This document shows positions 15,467 through 28,223 of a stretch of DNA of 64,000 nt, piece by piece. The stretch lies in NCBI RefSeq assembly GCF_009914755.1, contig NC_060925.1; one strand, given 5' to 3'. The notes under the pieces were generated by a model, which saw nothing but the letters and a program-made list of their open reading frames with translations, did not search any database and had not been told where the DNA came from. Both the position numbers and the translations under genes were made by a program. Position 1 is the first letter of the stretch. Each line of letters opens with the position of its first letter. This stretch comes from the human T2T-CHM13v2.0 reference genome, Homo sapiens.

Positions 15467-17052
15467 TGGTTAAGGATACTTTAAGAATTATTAGTCAATG
15501 ATCAACAGAACTGTAAGTTAAATTTGACCCAATTCTTCAATTCTTGTAGCAATATTAATTTATTTAGTCTGAGATTACCAAAATTAAATTTTTCTTGAAA
15601 CTCAGAGAAAATTATAAATTTGATTTGTCTATTTTCCAAAGATGTCTATTTATCTCAAATGATACTTAAGTATCCTGAACTTGATGTCTTGAAATTTTAA
15701 TACCTAGAACTAATCCACCTTATGGGGAAAAAAGTGTGTTAATATTTTGTTTTTACAGTATAGAAATCAATTTGTCATCTTAGCTACATTTAGTAACCAA
15801 GGAGTAAAATGAGACTTGATAAAAACACTACCAGCTTTCCCTTCTATATGATTAAGAGAACATATTTTTTGGAGTCTGTTTATATTGCCTTTTAAAATTA
15901 AATAGCATTTTCAATTTGTGCAGGAAGAAACTGCTGCCAGAAAGATGAACATCTGCAAAAGTTTTAGAAACTGTATATGATTTTTTTCACATTCTATAAA
16001 GGTTTTTAGGACTGATAAGAAAATAATAAATTTGGTGGTACCTGAGTCACCTAGGTTAGCACAAATGAATATTTTGAGTTTCCAAAGAAATATTTGACCA
16101 CCTCATGCTGACTTAATATCTTTCAGGGTAATCACTGGCATGTTTTAATTAGCAATCAGGAGAGAAATTTACAAAATTAATATGAAATTATGTTAAACCT
16201 AAATCAAAACACTACCAGCTGTATAATTACACATAGATACACCACATAATAGGTGAAAATATGAAGCAGAAATTGACATGCATGGGATCAAAAACATTAA
16301 ACCTCCTGGTTTACTGTGCCTTGTATCATCTGGGTATTATATCTGTAATAGTGGTTTGTATTGTGGTGAACATTGTGTAACAAAGTGAATTGCTGCAGCA
16401 GAGTACCTTGCTGTAGAACATAGACAAATAGCACTCTTTTTAATTTAAAACCAAACTTTCTTTCCTTCCAAGAGCTTATTAAAATCTCAATAGGGCAATA
16501 ATAGCAAATCATATTACCTAGGAAAGAACATACATAAATTTTATTTCACAAAATTGTCTCTGCTTTTCTAAAGTAATCTAAGAATACATGGTATTATTTC
16601 ATCTCATTATCCATTCCTTTTATAGAAAATTGGAGATCTGGAGTCACAAGTTTTCTTGTTCAGTCTCTCTACTCTATTTATAATAAATGTGTATGTGGTA
16701 GTAACATTTTGATAAAAGTCCAACATACAGAAAATTCTGGAGAAAATACATTTTCACAGTTAATCATCAAATGAAATAAAATCGTTCCTAAGGCAAAATA
16801 GTAGGGAAAAGAACTATAGATTTTACATATATTATTGGGATTTTAGTACAAACTCTTTCATTTAGGAGTTACTTCAACCTTGGAAAACAGAAAGGCACAA
16901 CTGTGTTCGTGTTATGGCTACCTGTGCCACAAGCAACAGTTATTGGAGGCAATTTGTTTTTGTTCATTCATTCATTTAACACATTTTAAAAATATTCATT
17001 AAGTTACTTCTATGAACCAAGACTTGTTCTAGAAACTGAAAATACCTCAGTG

Positions 17053-17053
17053 G

Positions 17054-17084
<31 letters not shown>

Positions 17085-17088
17085 TATA
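17053..17088 (+). repeat. A-run followed by (TA)n
   Basis: Directly visible. Confidence 0.95.
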
Positions 17089-18070
17089 CAAGGGGACCTA
17101 GAACTCATATTCTATCCTGTGTGTGAGAGTGTAGAAAACAAAGAATAACTAATAAAGAAAATAAATATGTAAGATATGTAGCATTTTAGAAAGTAATAAC
17201 TTTTATTTTGTTATTAACTTTAATGGAGGAAAATACAGCAGAACAAGGAGATGGAGATAATAGAAAACTCGAGAAGGAAGGAGTACTGCCTTACTTAAAC
17301 AGTGGAATAAGAAGATCTTATGGAAATAACATTTTATAAAGTCTTATAGAAACAAAAGAGCAATGCTTATAGATATCCAATGGAAGAGCATTCTAAGACT
17401 CTCAGGCAGAGGATGAATAAAATTTGCAAGGTGAGAATAAAATTTAATCAAGTTGAAGTTACAAGAAAGTGAGAAAGGTGAGAAAGAATTAAAGATACGT
17501 GTTAGGGAGTGGTTACAATGTTGGACTATGGAACTTTTCTCAATAAGGAGGGAGTTAAGTCAATGATGAGGCTTTAAGATTATTGGATTGGAAGTCCATT
17601 GTGGTTGAAAGACTGTTGGAGTCTTGTACCTGAAAGGGTTAGCTATAAGAAAGAATGTGCTGAACTGGTAAGGGGATCATTGAAATTGAGTACATGGAAG
17701 GGTTAAAGATATTGATAACAGCAGGATCTAGGGATATGTTCAGTGGGTAACTGGCTAAAATAGGTATGAAGACAAGAATAAGGACAAGAATAGGACATGA
17801 ATATTGGAGGAAAGAAGTTCAAAGAAACATGAGCCAAGATGTTGGTGTGGCCCTCATTATGAATACAGGAATCTCAGAAATTAAGATTGCTGTAATGTTA
17901 TAGAATATGATACTAAGACAGGAGATAAAACTGTGGATAGAAAAGAGAGATGACCTGGATGTGCACAGATCACTAAAAAGAATTGGCAGTAGTTACATAG
18001 TTTTATGAGCAAAATTTCAGTGCTTCGAGTATTTGCGGAAGAGGAAGAGAGGACAGTTTGGAAGTGGAAA

Positions 18071-18696
18071 TGTAAGAGACGTTTGAACCAGAGCTACTCC
18101 ATCTTGAATAGGTGGTGATTAAAATAAGGCTGAGATATACTGGGCTGCATTCCCAGAAGGATAGGCATTCTAAATCACAGGATAAGACAGGAGATCAGCA
18201 CAAGACATAGGTCACAAAGACCTTGCTGATAAAACAGCATGTGGTAAATAAGTGGCCAAATCGCACTAAAACTAAGATGGCGACGGAAGTGACTTGTCGT
18301 GGTCTTCGCTACTCATTATACATGAATTATAATACATTACCATGTGAAAAGACATTCTGACCAGTGCCATGACAGTTTACAGATGCCATGACATCTGGAA
18401 GTTACCCTATTCGGTCTAAAAAAGGGGAGGAACCCTCAGTTCCTTGAATTGTCCACCCCTTTCCTGGAAAACTCACGAGTAATCCACCCCTTGTTAAGCA
18501 TATAATCCAGAAATAATCATAAAAATAGCCAGCAAGCAGCCCTTGGGTCTGCTCTGCCTATGGAGTAGCCATTCTTTATTTCTTTCCTTTCTTAATAAAC
18601 TTACTTTCACTTTACTCTATGGACTCGCCCTGAATTCCTTCTTGTGCAAGAGCCAAGAGTCCTCTCTTGGGGTCTGGATCACCCTTTCTGGTATCA
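18071..18696 (+). mobile_element. MER41B solo LTR (ERV1)
   Basis: Starts tgtaagagacgtttgaaccagagctactccatcttgaatagg and ends ggggtctggatc...ggtatca; colinear with the recalled MER41B consensus; flanks gaaa/gaac. Confidence 0.92.
18440..18469 (+). promoter_or_regulatory. Tandem GAS (TTCN3GAA) motifs in MER41B
   Basis: TTCCTTGAA 18440-18448 and TTCCTGGAA 18461-18469 lie at the position of the known MER41B STAT1 sites; function not shown. Confidence 0.6.
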
Positions 18697-19439
18697 GAAC
18701 TGTGAAGCAAGAAAGACCCCTTGCTTGCATCTAGGTTCATGATTACAGGATAAAAAATTACCCACTCTTTAAAAAGGACAAGAAAATTAGTATCTCAAGA
18801 AGATATTAAAGTTTTGGCTGGTTCAAGAAAGTAAATGCTTAGAGAAGGGGATGAGGATATGGGGCTTTCTGCTGTTGTCCAGTTGTTTTTTTCTTAAAAT
18901 AATTGTTTTTCAAAGGGGGAAGGGAAATTTCCATAAATGAGGAGTATGTAAGATGGGGACAGAAGAAAGGATGGAAGGAGACAAGTGGAAATTGAAAGGC
19001 AAGATATGAGACAGTACCGTAGGAATGTGTGGATTCTTCTGGTGAGTGATAGAATTAGGAATGAAGGAGATCATAAGATCATTTATGCTAGTTTTTAAAA
19101 TAGATAGTATTGGCCTGGCTCTGAGTGTTATAGGTAGAAAGGGATAGGTGTCTAAGGCTTTTTACTTCTTTTAGAAGGGCTGTGAGAATAACACTGTAAC
19201 AGTATATGTGGGGCTCCATCTAGTCCACTAGAGATAGATGTTTGTAGATCTGAAAAAAAAAATTATAGTCTACTATGAGTACACAGACACTCTTCTCATT
19301 GGTAAATACTTCTTACTGGTGGAGGCACTTCCTAAAGTAGTAAACAATCACAGCAATGAGACAGACATGTGCATAATAACATGAGTAAGTACTAAAATTA
19401 GAGAAGCTCATGAAAATAGTAATAAATAAATAATACATT

Positions 19440-21075
19440 TCTATAAATTAAAAATATATACCTACAAAACAACAATAGAGAGAAATAAATATAGGAGAAA
19501 TTTGTTCATGACTTTGAAGTGAAGGAGTGCAAGAAATGCTGCACCAAACTGTGCCTTTTTGGTATGCTGATTAATTCAAACTGAAAGCACTCCGAGAACA
19601 GCAAATTTGGGAAAAGGGAGGGAGCCTTCTCTGAATTTTCCTTATTTGCCTAAAGATAGATTCTCCAAAAGGACCACAATTGTCATAAGTCCCCTCCCTG
19701 GGAGTCTCATCAACCAGGGAAGATTAATTCCTATCACAGAAGCAGAGTCTGGAGGTCAGCAGCAGGACCAGAAAGACTGTCATAGATCATTACTTGATCT
19801 TCTGAGGGCTCATTCATCTTTCCAAAAAATCTTTTTCTCTCCTCTAAGTTGCCTGCTTCTACTATCCCTTTCCTATAAAGTGGGTGTACAGGTTTCAAGA
19901 TCTTACTGGGTTTTGGGGGTATTTACCTTTCTTTCCTGAGATTCCTTCATGCACATAATATATTTTTATACTTTTTCTCCTGTTAATTTGCCTGATGACT
20001 GTTTATTTCATCCTCAGTTATCAAACCCTCAGAAAGAGTCTTCCCTTTCCTATAGAAGTCAACAAAGAGAGGTTAAACATGACATAAAAGGCAAAAAGCA
20101 TAAAAGAAAATAATAAAGTGGACTTTATCAAAATGGAAATCTCTACTTTTAAAAAAATATTGACAGGAAAATAAAAAATCAAGCCAATTTATTGGCAATA
20201 CACACACGTGAAATAGGACTTGCATACAGGAAAAATAAAGAGCTACTACATCTCGATAAGAAGTAATTAATTTAAAAATGGACAAAAAACTTGAATGAAA
20301 ATGTTACATAAGAAGATATATGAATAACCAGTAAGTACATAAAAGATGAGCAACATTAAAGTCATTGTGTAAATGCAAATTAAAAACAAGTAAGATATCA
20401 CTACATACCTATTTAAATGTCTAAAATTAACCTCCCAAAGAGTCTGACATATCAATGTGTAATATGGTTCAACTATTTTAGAAACTGTTGATACTTTCCT
20501 AGAAAATTAAAATATACTTACTATATGACACATGAATAATACCCTTAGATACTTACCTGGAAGAAATGAAAACACATGCCCACATTACAACTTTACATAA
20601 ATGTTCATGTAAAGAGCTTTATTCATATTACTTACAATCTGGGGAACACTCAGCATGTGAATGGATAAACACACTTGGCATACACAGAACGAAACAATAC
20701 TTGGTAATAAAAAGTGAAAACAAAAATAAAAATAAAAACAAAAGTCTACTAATATATACAAGGCAAATGAATCTTAAAAGCATTATGTTGATCAAAAGGA
20801 GCCATACATAAAAATGTATATACAATATTATTCCATTTATAGGATATTCTAGAACAGATAAAACTAATATATAGTGAGTGAAAACAGATCCATGTTGCCC
20901 CGAATAAGAGGCAGAAATATTTTCTGGAAAGGGCAGAAGGAACTTTCTGTATTAAATAAAATATTCTATATCTTGATTATTGTGGCAATTATGCATTTTA
21001 TAAAAATTCATTTAACTGTACACTTAGTTACTTCATTTTTACTGTAACTAAATTACACCATGATGTAGTTTATTT
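19440..21075 (+). mobile_element. Old L1MC/ME-type 3' portion, interrupted by an LTR
   Basis: ggactttatcaaaat...gaaatgaaaacacatgcccaca...tattccatttataggatattctagaacagataaaactaat L1M 3' features. Confidence 0.8.
19520..20054 (+). mobile_element. MER34/MER110-group ERV1 solo LTR
   Basis: Starts tgaaggagtgcaagaaatgc; perfect 4-bp TSD gaag (19516-19519, 20055-20058); similar to the LTRs at 43290, 52705 and 60544. Confidence 0.75.
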
Positions 21076-21413
21076 TTAAAACCTGAAAACCTCAGAACAG
21101 AAAAACAAACAAAATATAGACTTAAAAATGAGAAAAATGTAACATATCGAAAACGACTAATATTTTTTAATGTATAAAATCTCACTAAAAATTGTAAAGA
21201 GAAAATCTAACAAGGAGAAAATGTGAGTCAAGGACAGCGAATGGATAATTCACACACACATACGTGTGGGGGGTAAATTAGGATGATATTTACACATTTT
21301 AAAATCGTTCATCTTCACTCATAATTAGAAAAATGTATGCTGAGGACTTTTTCTTAGAGATATACCTACATACAGGCAAAATAATATGTACAAAATGATT
21401 ATTCTTAAAATTA

Positions 21414-21734
<321 letters not shown>

Positions 21735-21890
21735 TCAGAATACAATATAGGAAATTAAAATTCATCAATAAAGCATTAGCTATATAAATTTTGGAACATC
21801 CACAAAACATTCAAACAAAATCAGGAACCCCCATGCTAAACTGAAAAGATTTCTAAAAGGTACAAGACATGAATAAAAGAAAGGTGATAG

Positions 21891-23480
21891 TATGTCCAGA
21901 ATTGGTGGGTTCTTGGTCTCACTGACTTCAAGAATGAAGCCGCCCACCCTCCCTGTGAGTGTTACAGCTCCTAAGGTGGCGCCTCTGGAGTTTGTTCCTT
22001 CTGATGTTAGGATGTGCTCGGAGTTTCTTCCTTCTGGTGGGTTCGTGGTCTCCCTGGCTCAGGAGTGAAGCTGCAGACCTTGGCGGTGAGTGTTACAGCT
22101 CTTAAGGCGGCGCGTCTGGAGTTGTTCGTTCCTCCCGGTGGGTTCGTGGTCTCGCTGGCCTCAGCAGTGAAGCTGCAGACCTTCGGGGTGAGTATAACAG
22201 CTCATAAAGGCAGTGTGGACCCAAACAGTGAGCAGCAGCAGGATTTATTGCAAAGAACGAAAGAACAAAGCTTCCACAGTAGGGAAGGATACCCTAGCGG
22301 GTTGCCACTGCTAGCTCGGGCAGCCTGCTTTTATTCTCTTATCTGGCCCCACCCACATCCTGCTGATTGGTAGAGCCCAGTGGTCTGTTTTGACAGAGTG
22401 CTGATTGGTGCGTTTACAATCCCGGAGCTAGACACAAAGGTTCTCCACGTCCCCACCAGATTAGCTAGATAGAGAGTGTGGACACAAAGGTTCTCCAAGG
22501 CCCCACCAGAGTAGCTAGATACAGAGTGTCGATTGGTGCATTCACAAACCCTGAGCTAGACACAGGGTGCTGATTGGTGTGTTTACAAACCTTGAGCTAG
22601 ATACAGAGTGCCAATTGGTGTATTTACAATCCTTGAGCTAGACATAAAGTTTCTCCAAGGCCCCACCAGAGTAGCTAGATACAGTGTCGACTGGTGCATT
22701 CACAAACCCAGAGCTAGACACACGGTAGTGACTGCTATGTTTACAAACCTTGAGCTAGATACAGAATGCCAATTGGTGTATTTACAATCCCTGAGCTAGA
22801 CGTAAAGGTTCTCCACATCCTCACCAGACTCAGGAGCCCAGCTGGCTTCACCCAGTGGGTTCCGCGCCCGGTCTGCAGGTGGAGCTACCTGCCAGTCCCG
22901 CGCCATGTGCTGGCACTCCTCAGCCCCTTTGGATGGTGGATGGGACTGGGCGCCCTGGAGCAGGGGGCGGCGCTCGTCGGGGAGGCTCGGGCCGCACAAG
23001 AGCCCACGGAGGGGGTGGGAGGCTCAGGCATGGCGGGCTGCGGATCCTCAGCCGTGCCCCGCGGGAAGGCAGCTAAGGCCCGGCGAGAAATCGAGCGCAG
23101 CGCCGGTGGGCCGGCACTGCTGGGGCACCCAGTACACCCTCCGCAGCCGCTGGCCCGGGTGCTAAGCCCCTCATTGCCTGGGGCCGGCAGGGCCGGCCGG
23201 CTGCTCCGAGTGCAGGACCCGCCAAGCCAACGCCCACCCGGAACTCCAGCTGGCTCGCAAGCGCCGCGTGCAGCCCCGGTTCCCGCTGGCGCCTCTCCCT
23301 CCACACCTCCCCGCAAGCTGAGGGAGCCGGCTCCGGCCTTGGCCAGCCCATAAAGGGGCTCCCACAGTGCAGCGGTGGGCTGAAGGGCTCCTCAAGTGCC
23401 GCCAAAGTGGGAGCCCAGGCAGAGGAGGCACCGAGAGCGAGCGAGGGCTCTGAGGACTGCCAGCACGCTGTCACCTCTCA
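21891..23480 (-). mobile_element. LTR12C (ERV9) solo LTR, full length (1590 bp)
   Basis: Reverse termini tgagaggtgacagcgtgctggcag ... accaattctggacata; internal tandem repeats; perfect TSD atag (21887-21890, 23481-23484). Confidence 0.96.
22361..22830 (-). promoter_or_regulatory. LTR12 U3 tandem enhancer repeats with CCAAT (NF-Y) and GATA motifs
   Basis: At least six ATTGG on + (near 22366, 22404, 22532, 22573, 22614, 22772) interleaved with gagctagata; known ERV9 LTR enhancer architecture. Confidence 0.8.
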
Positions 23481-23843
23481 ATAGCAAGAGGGGACAGATA
23501 AATTCCTTGGTAGAACGGGACAGTGCCGGGTAAAACCCAAACTTCAAGCCACAGACAGTCTGAAACCTGAAAACTGACCTACCAGTTTTGGGTGGAGCCC
23601 GTCACCGGAGTAAGAACTTCTTTACTTCCTGGATGCCTTTTAGCCAATCAAATGGTGCTTTTTCCAGACCTGCCCAAGGACCAATCAGCATGCACTCCTC
23701 CATTCTGAGCACATATAAACCCTGGACTCAGCCTCACAGGTGGCTGCTACCTGCTTTCCGGCCTCCTCTCCCACGGAGGGCTGCCCACTTTGGGTCCCCT
23801 CTTCTTGTCCAGAGATTTTCTGTTACTCAATAGAATTATTCTT

Positions 23844-24262
<419 letters not shown>

Positions 24263-27024
24263 CTATGGGAGAAAAGATCACTGGGCACCACACACCCCTA
24301 TTCACAGAGAAGGCAGCAAGACCTGAGCTGTGGCATGCCCTTGTTCACCAAGTTGCAGGCGAGAGAACGAACGAGAGCTGTAACATTTTACGGGGGCTCA
24401 GACCTCCAGACTCCCTGAACGAAAACTGTAACACTCCTTGGGGCTCCGCAGTTTCTGCCATCTCCAAGTTTTCAGGCATTGCAGGCTCCCTATAGTCCAG
24501 ACACTGACGCCGGAGGTGGAAGCCTATCGCGGCATATCCCGTACCAGCCATGGGATGAGCACAGAGCCTTGGCGGTTGCAGGATCCTGGTGAGTAGCATG
24601 AGCCCAGAGCAGCCTGCTGGGCCCAGTGGGAGAAGCGAGCCCAGCAGGCCCAAGTGAAGCTCAGACAGAGTCACTGCCAGCCATGGAGATTTCTGGCTGG
24701 CAAAGCGGCACCGAAAGACTCCTATGTAAATGATACACTATAGTGTGCATATAGCCCTATCGTGTTCAGATGAAAAGACTGGGGACATGATAAATACAGA
24801 TAAACTGTTCACAGTGTAACTGTTTTACACTTTTCATTTTTGAGTTACGTCTTTGTTTAACCACTTTTTAGAATTATATATATATATATATAAATTTAAA
24901 TTTTTAATTGTCACTATGACAAAATTTTTCTATTTGAATTTATTTACTTGTACAAGTAGACACAATTACTTGTACTGCATCTCACATCTTATTTTACTAA
25001 AGGATTTACACTATATATTTGACATTTAATAAAGATTTTCTCACCTCCTCCATTTAACTAAGATGTTGCATTCATGAATCTAATTTATATATGTATGTTG
25101 GTTTTTCATAGACTGTAGGAGTATTTTTAACACAGATTGTTGGTAATGTGTGCAGCCAATTTAACAACAATATCATAAGAGTGAGTATAACACAAAGTTG
25201 TGGAAAATCATAATTTTATTCCATTATTAAGTAATTGAAAAATAAAAACAAGATCAACAAATATTGGGTACAAATACCATCCAAGACAATAAAATATGTT
25301 AAATAAACACTATTTTATTAATAGTATGAAGACTTCTCTGCCTATATTGTTACTGATCATTTCCTCTGTTTACAAATGATCTTATTATTCTAAAATATTG
25401 TGGAAACCACATGCTAAGACTCCAATAATCAACTAAAAAGATAAATGGATATTTTCTCATTGTTATCAATCTACATTTGGAAGCCAGTGTTCTTTATTCA
25501 TAGCAAATACTTCCCTTTCAGTCCAGCATTTTAGTATTTGGGGTTTTAAATCCATCTTATGTGGTACATTTTGGACAGGCCATTTGTAACAATTAAAGAT
25601 TATTGAGGAGTTGTCAACAAGCATGACTATATTTATATGTGTATTTTTTTAAAAAAAATTATATATATATATCTCCTTAAAAATATTAACCAAGTTAATA
25701 TTCATCAATCATCTTTGCTAAAGATATGTTTGTGTCACATAAGAAAAGTCATTAAAATTTACAAATTAATTACCCATAACATAAATTTACATTGTGTCCC
25801 AGCTGGCATGATAAACAGCATTTTCAACTAATCTCTTACTAATTTTTTTTTTTTTTTAGTATCTGTAATGGTAAGATTTACTAAGTGTTACTGACTTAAA
25901 ACAGGTCAGTGTTGCCTGCTACTGTATATTTTCTATCACAGTGAGGAAGAATGATCTACAACATAGCAGTCTCCAGAAATCAACGCAGAAGCCTATACAT
26001 TTCTTCATTGGCTTCTAAAACACAATTAATTTGTTCATATTTTCCTAGCAGCAATTAGCAGCAGGCAAGAGTTTTAATGAAATAAAGTTGTGATTCCCAC
26101 AGGGACTATTTATAATGCACATTACAAACCAACAAGAGCTTCAAACTATTTACATTAAGAATTGATTAATAACAAAGATATTAAGCTATGTATGAGATTA
26201 CATATTGTGCCTATTTAAGGGATACTGCTAATTAATTAATCATAATCATTTGCATGTGCCATATCTAATTAACTTTTTATAACTCTTTAAGTTTTTCCTT
26301 TAGGACCAATAGCATTCAAGTAGCATTAGCAAAAGGAACATTTAAGCCATTTCTTAGAATATTGTTTTCCAATAAAGTTGATTTCTTTGAAAACACTTAA
26401 GGAGTATAATCAGAGTAAGAGGCTTTTCATGCCAATTACCATGAGCTGCACCGCGTTTGCTATTGGGGGAATGAAGTAACATTACATTAGGGTTAAGTAG
26501 GACTTTAAAATGTTTTTATGTAAATTAAGTTTAGAAAGTAGCCTTAAAACTTCTGAAAAAGTTTGACACTAGAGTTTCAATGCCCCAAAATATTATACTG
26601 ATCTGTTTTTTTTTAATCTGTATAATTTAGAGGATGCTTTATTTGCATCCAGGAACATACCTAAAAATTTTTTTATCTTGGATGTAAGTGAAGGTTTAAT
26701 GAACTTATCTTCTTCAATATCTGCCTTATAAAAAATAGCTTCAAAATAGTTCCAGCTTTACAAATTAATTTGAAAGAGTTATTTCATCACCAAAGAATAG
26801 CTTCTAAAATTCACTTAGTTTTTAGCAGCTTTAAAATTTCATAAGTTATTAGTTCTTAAATGTATTAATTATATAATATTTTACACTGAATTACATAATC
26901 AGCATAATTTTCACCATAAATTAGTGTTTTGTTCTCTTATAACTGCACTCCTGGATTGAATTGCCTGTAATTTTACTAACAATATACCAAAAATTCAATT
27001 ATAATACCTGTGACAAGCCATTAA

Positions 27025-27240
27025 ATGTTAACTATGCTCCAAGTACTACGTTATGCCTTATCACAGATCATTATGACTAATGCAAATATTATGTAAAATA
27101 AGTTTTGCTGCCATAATTTTGCAGACAAAAAAATCGAGAGTAAAATGTAAGGTAATCAAGTCAAAGTACTAGCAAATGGCAAAGCCAGGATACCAACCGA
27201 GATTTGTATAGATCCAAAGGAAATCTTACCATCTACATCA
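27025..27240 (-). mobile_element. MIR relic
   Basis: attttgcagac...ctagcaaatggcaaagccagga resembles reverse MIR. Confidence 0.5.
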
Positions 27241-27571
27241 AACGTGGTTAATCGGAGGCTTCTTAGCAGCCATCATTTTCCTATTTATTGAAAAGACTGA
27301 AGATTCTTTTGAATACCTTCCTATTAATACCAGATCTTATTATATGAATGTTGTGGCCTACTAAAAATGTCCGTAAAACTGTTTGGCACTCATTTCAAAC
27401 CTGGCTGGGCTTTATTTTGACCAAGAGAAATAGCAGAAGTCATGCTGTACTAGTTCCTAGCACCATAGCTTATCTTTTGGAATATATCTTTGGAAGTTGA
27501 GGGCTGATATACAACAATTCTGGGTACCTCAAGACCAGCATACTGGAAAGGTCATAAGCAGATATGCCATC

Positions 27572-28223
<652 letters not shown>

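Larger units (their letters stand above)
16963..19200 (-). mobile_element. Degenerate L2, interrupted by MER41B
   Basis: ttcattcattcatttaac L2 3' end in reverse followed by purine-rich L2-like sequence; right boundary uncertain. Confidence 0.6.

Noticed and set aside
22380-22830. Periodic repeat-and-spacer pattern resembling a CRISPR array
   Set aside because: These are the known LTR12 U3 tandem repeats; the spacers are themselves repeated, there are no cas genes and the DNA is primate
22014-23474. Many overlapping 70-195 aa ORFs
   Set aside because: Expected stop-poor frames in GC-rich LTR12C on both strands; no domain similarity recognised
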